Assembly (NCBI GenBank): GCA_035063585.1
Contig: JAPSGB010000008.1
Coordinates: 128,001-192,000, forward strand
Direction of reading: 5' to 3'
Source of the DNA: Polyangiaceae bacterium
Lineage (GTDB): Bacteria; Myxococcota_A; Polyangia; Polyangiales; Polyangiaceae
Length of the DNA: 64,000 nucleotides
The notes under the pieces were generated by a model. The model saw only the letters and a list, made by a program, of their open reading frames with translations. It searched no databases and had not been told where the DNA came from. Positions 57,897 through 64,000 of the stretch are shown piece by piece (the first letter of the stretch is position 1; the number at the start of each line of letters is the position of its first letter). The translations under genes were made by a program, and so were the position numbers.

Positions 57897-60084
57897 GGTC
57901 GCCGCACGCATCGCCGTGACGGGCGTCGGTGCGGTCTCTGCTCTCGGCATCGGCGCGCGGAGCAGCTTCGCGCGGCTGGTGGCCGGCGAGCGCGGATTCG
58001 GTCCCGTCACGTTGTTCGACGTCGCCGATCAGCGCAGCCAGCTCGCCGCCGAGGTGCGCGGGCTCCGCGTCGACGAGGTGGCGCCGGCTGGCGAGGCCGC
58101 GCGCTGGTCGCGGAGCGACAGGATGGCGGTCCTCGCCGCGAAGGACGCGCTCGAGAGCGCGGGGCTCGCCGGCGGTCCGCTGTCGCTCGCCCTCGGCGCC
58201 ACCACGGGCGGGATGTTCGAGGCCGAGGCCGCGCTGGCCGCGTCCGTGGAGGGCGCGTCGTCCGAGTCCCTGGCTGCGGCGCTCGTCGCGTACCCCATCT
58301 CGGCGACCGCCGAGCACCTGGCCGCGACCATCGAGGGCGTAGAGCGCTCGGTGACCATCTGCAGCGCGTGCTCGAGCGGCGCGGTCGCGATCGTCGAGGC
58401 AGCGGCGTGGCTCGAGAGCGGGCGCGCGGAGCGCGCGCTCGCGGGCGGCGTCGATAGCCTGTGCCGGCTCACCTTCACCGGCTTCGGCGCGCTCGGCGCG
58501 CTCGACCCTCGGCCTTGTCGCCCGTTCGATCAGGCGCGGGCCGGCCTCGGGCTCGGGGAGGGTGCGGCGTTCCTGGTGCTCGAGTCCGAGCGCGCGGCGC
58601 GCGCGCGCGGGGCGCGGGTGCTCGCGTGGCTCTCCGGCTGGGCGGTCGCCGCCGAGGCGCACCACATCACTCACCCCGACCCCTCTGCGGTGCGAGCGAT
58701 CGAGCTCATCCGCGCCGCGCTCGCGGGCGGCGGGCTCTCACCGCGGGACATCGACTACGTGAACGCCCACGGCACGGCCACGCCCCAGAACGACGCGATG
58801 GAGGCGCGCGCGCTCGCGGGCGTGTTCGGTGACGAGCTTACGCGGGTTCGGGTGTCGTCGTCGAAGGGACAGATCGGCCACACCCTCGGGGCGGCGGGCG
58901 CCCTCGAGGCGGCCTTCACCGTGCTCGCGCTCGAACAGGGCGTCGCACCGCCGACCGGCGGCCTCGAGTCACCCGATCCGTCGCTGCCGCTCCGCCACGT
59001 CCTCGGCGAGGGTGAGCGCGCGGAGCTTCGCGCGGCGCTCTCGAGCTCGTTCGGGTTCGGCGGGACGGGCGCGGTGCTGGCGTTCGAGCGCGCCGCCGCG
59101 GCGCCCCGCCCACGGCCGGAGCGCGCGGCGCGCTCTCGGTTGGTGGTGACCGGCGTCGCGACGCTCGGCCCGGCGGGCGCGCTCGCGGGCGCGAGCAACA
59201 CGGCGTACGCGGACCCGTCCGCCGCGCGTGAGCCCGCGCCGCTCGCGCTCCTCGAGCGGCTCGACCCGGCGCGTTCCCGTCGTTTCGACCACGTGACGGC
59301 CTCGGTCTGCGTGGGGGTGGAGGCCGCGCTCGCGGCGGCGGCGCTCTCGCCGGCGCGCGTCGGGCTCGTCTCCGGCACCGCCTTCGGAAACGTCGAGCGC
59401 TCGGCGGCGTTTCTGAGGCGCGCCCTGGAGCGCGGCGCGCGCGCGGCGAGCCCGGCGGAGTTTCCGCACCTGGTGCCGTCGGCCCCGGCAGGCAACGCCT
59501 CCATCTACCTCGGGCTCACCGGCCCGGTGGTGACCGTGAGCGCGCTCGAGACGAGCGCCGAGGCGGCCTTCGCGCTCGCGGCGGACTGGCTCGACCTCGG
59601 GCTCGCTCCGGCGATGGTCGCGGGCGGTGCCGATCCGGGAGATCCCGTGGTCGCGCGCGCGCTCGGCTCGCCCGGACCTGGCGCGGGCGAGCCGAGCGCG
59701 CGCGCCGCATGGCTCGTGCTCGAGCGAGAAGACGCCGCCCGCGCGCGCGGCGCGGCGCCGCTCGCGCGGCTCACCGAGCGCGTCGAGGGGCGAGCCGGTC
59801 CGACCGCGCTGCTCGCGCGGCTCGCGGCAGCTCCGGAGGGCGGGCGCGCGGTGGTCGTCCTCGGAGCCGGAGAGGCGGCGTGCCGAGGCGCGCTCGCCGG
59901 CTCGAGCTGGGAGGGCGCCCGGCTCGTCACGCTCAGTCGCGACCTCTGCGCGCGCGAGTCCCTGGGCGCGTTCGGCGCTGCCGTCGCGGTCGCGCTCGTG
60001 GCGAGCGGTGAGGCGGACCTCGCGCTCGCGCTGGCGAGTGAGCCCGGGCAAGCTTACGCGAGCGTGTTCGAGCGGAGCTCATGA
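57886..60084 (+). CDS. Beta-ketoacyl-ACP synthase fused to a C-terminal inactive KS/chain-length-factor-like domain
   Basis: Catalytic SACSS, NAHGTAT, KGQIGHT; second KS-N-like domain (RRFD, GLVSGTAFG, SPAEFP, GPVVTVS) without the Cys. Confidence 0.88.
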   Translation: MPPEVAARIAVTGVGAVSALGIGARSSFARLVAGERGFGPVTLFDVADQRSQLAAEVRGLRVDEVAPAGEAARWSRSDRMAVLAAKDALESAGLAGGPLSLALGATTGGMFEAEAALAASVEGASSESLAAALVAYPISATAEHLAATIEGVERSVTICSACSSGAVAIVEAAAWLESGRAERALAGGVDSLCRLTFTGFGALGALDPRPCRPFDQARAGLGLGEGAAFLVLESERAARARGARVLAWLSGWAVAAEAHHITHPDPSAVRAIELIRAALAGGGLSPRDIDYVNAHGTATPQNDAMEARALAGVFGDELTRVRVSSSKGQIGHTLGAAGALEAAFTVLALEQGVAPPTGGLESPDPSLPLRHVLGEGERAELRAALSSSFGFGGTGAVLAFERAAAAPRPRPERAARSRLVVTGVATLGPAGALAGASNTAYADPSAAREPAPLALLERLDPARSRRFDHVTASVCVGVEAALAAAALSPARVGLVSGTAFGNVERSAAFLRRALERGARAASPAEFPHLVPSAPAGNASIYLGLTGPVVTVSALETSAEAAFALAADWLDLGLAPAMVAGGADPGDPVVARALGSPGPGAGEPSARAAWLVLEREDAARARGAAPLARLTERVEGRAGPTALLARLAAAPEGGRAVVVLGAGEAACRGALAGSSWEGARLVTLSRDLCARESLGAFGAAVAVALVASGEADLALALASEPGQAYASVFERSS

Positions 60085-62033
60085 GGCCGATCGAGGTCGT
60101 CGCGGCCGGCGCCGTGTCTCCGCTCGGCGACGGCGCGCGCGCCTGGGGCATCGGCGGGCCCGGCGAGCGGCCGGTGACGCTCGTGGGCCGCGACCGAGCG
60201 CTCGAGGAGGCTGGGCTCGCGCGGCCGATGGCAGCGCGGGTCGCGGGCCTCGACGACGATCCGTCCCGGAGCGCGACGCTGCTCGCGCGCGCCGCGTCGG
60301 CGCTCGCGGAGGAGCTCACGCGCTCGCTCCCCGGCTGGCGCGCGCGTCGTGTCGGACTCGCGATCGGCACCTCGGGGGGCGGCATGCCCGCGCTCACGCG
60401 AGCCTTCGAGCTCGTCGAGCGAGGGCGCGAGCTCCCGCGCGAGCTCGCGCGGAGCGCGCCGTATTTCGGTCCGCTCGTCACGCTCGAGCGCACGCTCGGC
60501 GTCGAGCCGGTGGAGCGCGTGAACGTGCTCGCTGCGTGCGCGTCCTCGACCACGGCCATCGCGCTCGCCTCCCGCTGGCTCGACCTCGAGCTCGCCGATC
60601 TGGTCATCGCCGGCGGCTATGACGCTCTCTCGGTGTTCATCGCGGCAGGGTTCGAGGCGCTCTCGGCGACCACCGCGTCGGCGCCCGCGCCATTTCGCGC
60701 GGGTCGCGACGGGCTGGGTCTCGGCGAGGGCGCGGCGCTCCTCGCGCTCGCGCGGGTCGGGGAAGGAGGGCCCGAGCGGCTGGGCACCCTGCTCGGCGCG
60801 GGGCTCGCCTCGGACGCGGTCCACGTCACCGCGCCCGACGTCGAAGGCCAGGGGCTCGCCGCGGCCGCCAGCGTGGCGCTCGCGGACGCCGCCGTCGCGC
60901 CCGAGACCATCGCGCTCGTGAGCGCTCACGGCACCGCCACGCCGTACAACGACGCGGCCGAGACCCGCGCGCTCGAGCGGGTCCTCGGCGCGCGCGCGAG
61001 AGAGGTGGTGGTGCACCCGCACAAGTCCGTGATCGGCCACTGCCTCGGCGCGGGCGGCGCGCTCGAGCTGCTCGCCGCGCTCGACGCGCTCCGACGTGGG
61101 CTCGCGCCCGCGGCGTGCGGCGCGGGCGAGGTCGATCCTGCGCTCGGCGTTCGGCTCCTCGAGCGGAACGAGCCGGCGCAGCTCGGCCGCTGCTTGAAGC
61201 TGTCCGCCGCGTTCGGCGGCGCGGACGCGGCGCTCGTCGTCGGTCTGCCGGAGGCGGGCGCCCTGCCGCGGCCTCGTCGCGAGGTGGCGCTGCTCGCCGT
61301 CGGGGAGCCCACCGACGCGCTCGACCTGACGCGAGCGGCAGGGCGGCTCGCGGTCGAGCCCGCGCGTCTCGCTCGCCTCGACTCGGTGTCGAAGCGAGCC
61401 GTGGGCGCGGCGGCGAGCGCGCTCGAGCGGCTCGGCGCGGCGCTCCCCGAGCGCGCCGGCGTGGTGGTAGGCACCGCGACCGCCACGCTCGAGATCGACG
61501 CCGTGTTCGACGCGCGACGGCGCTCGCGCGGCGCGCGCTTCGTCGAGCCGCGGCGGTTCCCTTCGACCTCGCCGAACCTGGCGCCCGGGGCCTGCTCGAT
61601 CGCTTTCGGGCTCCGCGGCCCCACCTTGGCGGTCGGGTGGGGGCCCTGGGCCGCCGTCGAGGCGCTGCGCGTCGGCTACGATCTGGTGAGCGGCGGTGAT
61701 GCCGACCTCATGGTCGTGGTAGCCGCCGAGGAGCGCGGCGCGATGGTGGAGCGGCTCTGGTCCGCCGCCGGCTGGCCGATGCCGGAGCCAGGCGCGCTCG
61801 CCGCCGTGCTCGGCGTGGGAGCGGCCGGTCGGGACTGCCTATCGCGCGCGTCGCTCACGGCCGCCGAGCGTGAATTCGCGCGGCCCGGGGGCTCGGCCGA
61901 GGTGCGATCCGGTTGGCCGAGCCTCCGGGCAGCCCTCGAGCGAGCGACGAAGCCTTGCTCAACCGCCGCGGGTTCTGGCACTGTCCCGCCGCCGGAATAC
62001 GCTGGCCCGCGCCGGCGTTCGACCCCGACGTAG
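60081..62033 (+). CDS. Second beta-ketoacyl-ACP synthase with a C-terminal CLF-like domain
   Basis: AACASS, SAHGTAT, KSVIGHC; C-terminal RLARLD, GVVVGT, PRRFP, GLRGP. Confidence 0.85.
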   Translation: MRPIEVVAAGAVSPLGDGARAWGIGGPGERPVTLVGRDRALEEAGLARPMAARVAGLDDDPSRSATLLARAASALAEELTRSLPGWRARRVGLAIGTSGGGMPALTRAFELVERGRELPRELARSAPYFGPLVTLERTLGVEPVERVNVLAACASSTTAIALASRWLDLELADLVIAGGYDALSVFIAAGFEALSATTASAPAPFRAGRDGLGLGEGAALLALARVGEGGPERLGTLLGAGLASDAVHVTAPDVEGQGLAAAASVALADAAVAPETIALVSAHGTATPYNDAAETRALERVLGARAREVVVHPHKSVIGHCLGAGGALELLAALDALRRGLAPAACGAGEVDPALGVRLLERNEPAQLGRCLKLSAAFGGADAALVVGLPEAGALPRPRREVALLAVGEPTDALDLTRAAGRLAVEPARLARLDSVSKRAVGAAASALERLGAALPERAGVVVGTATATLEIDAVFDARRRSRGARFVEPRRFPSTSPNLAPGACSIAFGLRGPTLAVGWGPWAAVEALRVGYDLVSGGDADLMVVVAAEERGAMVERLWSAAGWPMPEPGALAAVLGVGAAGRDCLSRASLTAAEREFARPGGSAEVRSGWPSLRAALERATKPCSTAAGSGTVPPPEYAGPRRRSTPT

Positions 62034-62039
62034 ACGATC

Positions 62040-62519
62040 ATGCGAGCTTCGGTCGTGTTCTTGCTGGGAGCGCTCTCCCTCGCCGGTTCGGCAGGGTGCG
62101 CGACGCACTACATCCCGAACACGGACGTGGAGGACTCCGACGACAACCGCAAGGTGATCCAGTTCTGCGAGGAATACCGGCATGCCGTCGAGCGGCGGAA
62201 CACGGCGCTCCTCCTGCAGATGACCGATCCGCGGTATTACGAGGACGGCGGCAACATCGACACGAGCGACGACATCGACTACGCGGGTCTCGAAGAGTAC
62301 CTGACCACCAAGTTCCGGCAGACGAAGGCGATCCGCTATGAGATCCGCTACCGCCGGGTGGGCAAGGGTCGAAACGACACCATCACCGTCGATTTCACCT
62401 ATAGCGCCAGCTTCAAGATCCCGAGCGCGGACGGCGACATCTGGCGCCGGACCGTGGCGGACGACCGGCTCGAGCTGGTCCCCTACAAAGACAGCTTTCG
62501 CATCCTCTCCGGGATGTAG
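62040..62519 (+). CDS. Lipoprotein, possibly NTF2-like fold
   Basis: Lipobox SAGC; EEYRHAVERRN...LL....PRY helix-strand pattern. Confidence 0.75.
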   Translation: MRASVVFLLGALSLAGSAGCATHYIPNTDVEDSDDNRKVIQFCEEYRHAVERRNTALLLQMTDPRYYEDGGNIDTSDDIDYAGLEEYLTTKFRQTKAIRYEIRYRRVGKGRNDTITVDFTYSASFKIPSADGDIWRRTVADDRLELVPYKDSFRILSGM

Positions 62520-62695
62520 GCTACTCGCGGAGGCCGCGCGGTCTCGGCCGAGCGGGCGGCGTGGATCGCAAGATACTTGTGCGATGGCCCGCCCTCGGTC
62601 AGATTGAACCCGGGTCGGCCGGATTCTGGCGACCTGGCCACGGCGCGGTACGAGCGGGGGCCGACGCCGCGGGCGAGCACCCAGACGAGGCCCTC

Positions 62696-63619
62696 ATGAT
62701 CCAGAAACCCAAGGTCGCCTTCGTTGGAACCGGCGGCGCCGCGCGCGGGATCGCGCATCTCGGTGTCATCAAGGCGTGCGAGGAGCTCGGGATCGTCCCC
62801 GAGATCTTCGTCGGCGCCAGCGCGGGCGCGATCGTCGCGGCCACCTACGGGCAGGGGATCCCGCTCGACGTGCTCATCGACGGCTATCGCTTGCCGTGGA
62901 AGCGCCGCCACGCCGGGCTCCGCCTCCACATGAACACCTTCTTCGGCGCGCCGCGGCTGAAGGACTTGCTCGACCCGGGCTACCTCACCTCCGGGATCTT
63001 CTCCATCGACAAGCTCGAGCGCTACCTCCGCGAGCGTCTGCCGGTGAACGATTTTCGGAAGATCGGCCGTCGCCTGCTGGTCACCGCGGTGGACGTCGAT
63101 CGCGCGGAGCGCGTTCTCTTCGGCAAGGGATATGACGCGGACACGCCGATCAGCGAGGCCGTGGCGGCGTCTTGCTGCGTCCCCGGGCTATTTCGGCCCT
63201 ACCGCGTCAACGGCCGTTACCATCTCGACGGCGAGGTGGCGCGCACGCTGTCGGCGGACGTCGCCGTGGAGGCGGGCGCCGACATCGTCATCATCTCCAA
63301 CATCTATCGGCCAGCACGTATCCCGAACGAGGCGCGTAGCCTGGCGAGGCGCGGCCCGCTCAAGGTCTTGAACCAGACCCTGAACATCATGCTCACCGAG
63401 AAGGAGCGCCGCGGGGTCGATCTCTACGGGCATCAGTTTCCACGCACCACCTTCATCGACATCGCCCCGGACCTCGGCACCTTCGGCTACCTCAACCGCT
63501 TCACCGCGCGGTCGCTCATCATGCGCGGCTATCGCGCCGGGCTCCGCGCGCTGGCGGAGGCGAAGGAGCGCGGCGTATTCGACGCGCCGCGACTCATGGC
63601 CGTCGGTCCCTTGAACTGA
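62696..63619 (+). CDS. Patatin-like phospholipase
   Basis: GTGGAARG, GASAG nucleophile elbow, LDGE catalytic Asp. Confidence 0.9.
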   Translation: MIQKPKVAFVGTGGAARGIAHLGVIKACEELGIVPEIFVGASAGAIVAATYGQGIPLDVLIDGYRLPWKRRHAGLRLHMNTFFGAPRLKDLLDPGYLTSGIFSIDKLERYLRERLPVNDFRKIGRRLLVTAVDVDRAERVLFGKGYDADTPISEAVAASCCVPGLFRPYRVNGRYHLDGEVARTLSADVAVEAGADIVIISNIYRPARIPNEARSLARRGPLKVLNQTLNIMLTEKERRGVDLYGHQFPRTTFIDIAPDLGTFGYLNRFTARSLIMRGYRAGLRALAEAKERGVFDAPRLMAVGPLN

Positions 63620-63709
63620 CGATTCAAGGTTCTTATGCCGGTTCGGCGCGCCCCAGAGCGCGGGCCGCTCGATTCCGCGCCGCGCCGACCACTCCCCACC
63701 GCGCGTGAG

Positions 63710-64000
63710 TCATCGCGCGGTGACGACCACGCAGCTCTCGCCGTCGATGAGCCGGGTGAGCTCGGGCTTGCCTGAGATCGTGGCGCGCCACAGCGCGCGC
63801 TCGCCGTCGCTCGTGGCCGCGTACTCGAGCGTGGCGCCGGCGGCCGGCGGGAGCCCTGCCAAGGTCATCGCGCGCCAGGCACGCTCGAGCGTGCAGTTCG
63901 GCTCCGCGACGGCGCGGGCGGCGCGGGCGTCGGTGCCGGCCTGCGCGTGCGGCCCTGACGCATCCACGCGGATCCGATAGCGCGCGCTGGTCACCGGCGA
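63710..64000 (-). CDS. Hypothetical protein, C-terminal part (truncated by window end)
   Basis: Open frame convergent with the patatin gene; no recognisable motif. Confidence 0.45.
   Translation of the reverse strand, partial: SPVTSARYRIRVDASGPHAQAGTDARAARAVAEPNCTLERAWRAMTLAGLPPAAGATLEYAATSDGERALWRATISGKPELTRLIDGESCVVVTAR

Overview
Very GC-rich, gene-dense chromosomal window. Gene content points to a myxobacterium (Myxococcota, probably Polyangia/Sorangium-like): Hanks kinases, a Cys-rich lipoprotein, PilZ and Glt-like TPR proteins. I found no rRNA, tRNA, CRISPR or mobile element. Housekeeping genes include scpA/scpB, pmbA, larB/larC, ltaE, a SPOUT methylase, der, era, maf, an RluA-family synthase and MoxR. 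The most notable region is a cell-envelope island at about 31-54 kb. It holds a GT-C glycosyltransferase, PilZ, and an ECF sigma/ZAS anti-sigma pair divergent from a Glt/Nfs-like operon (GltC/D/E/F/G-like). That operon carries an apparently degenerate TolQ/ExbB-like gene and an RpoE-type promoter, and is followed by an outer-membrane beta-barrel plus a short OPX polysaccharide exporter. Other notable loci are an ACP with two KS/chain-length-factor-like fusion proteins, a coupled FHA-PP2C-ABC permease-thioredoxin/rhodanese operon, larBC with a tandem His repeat, and ScpB with 33 consecutive Asp. All assignments come from motif recognition by eye; no searches were run.
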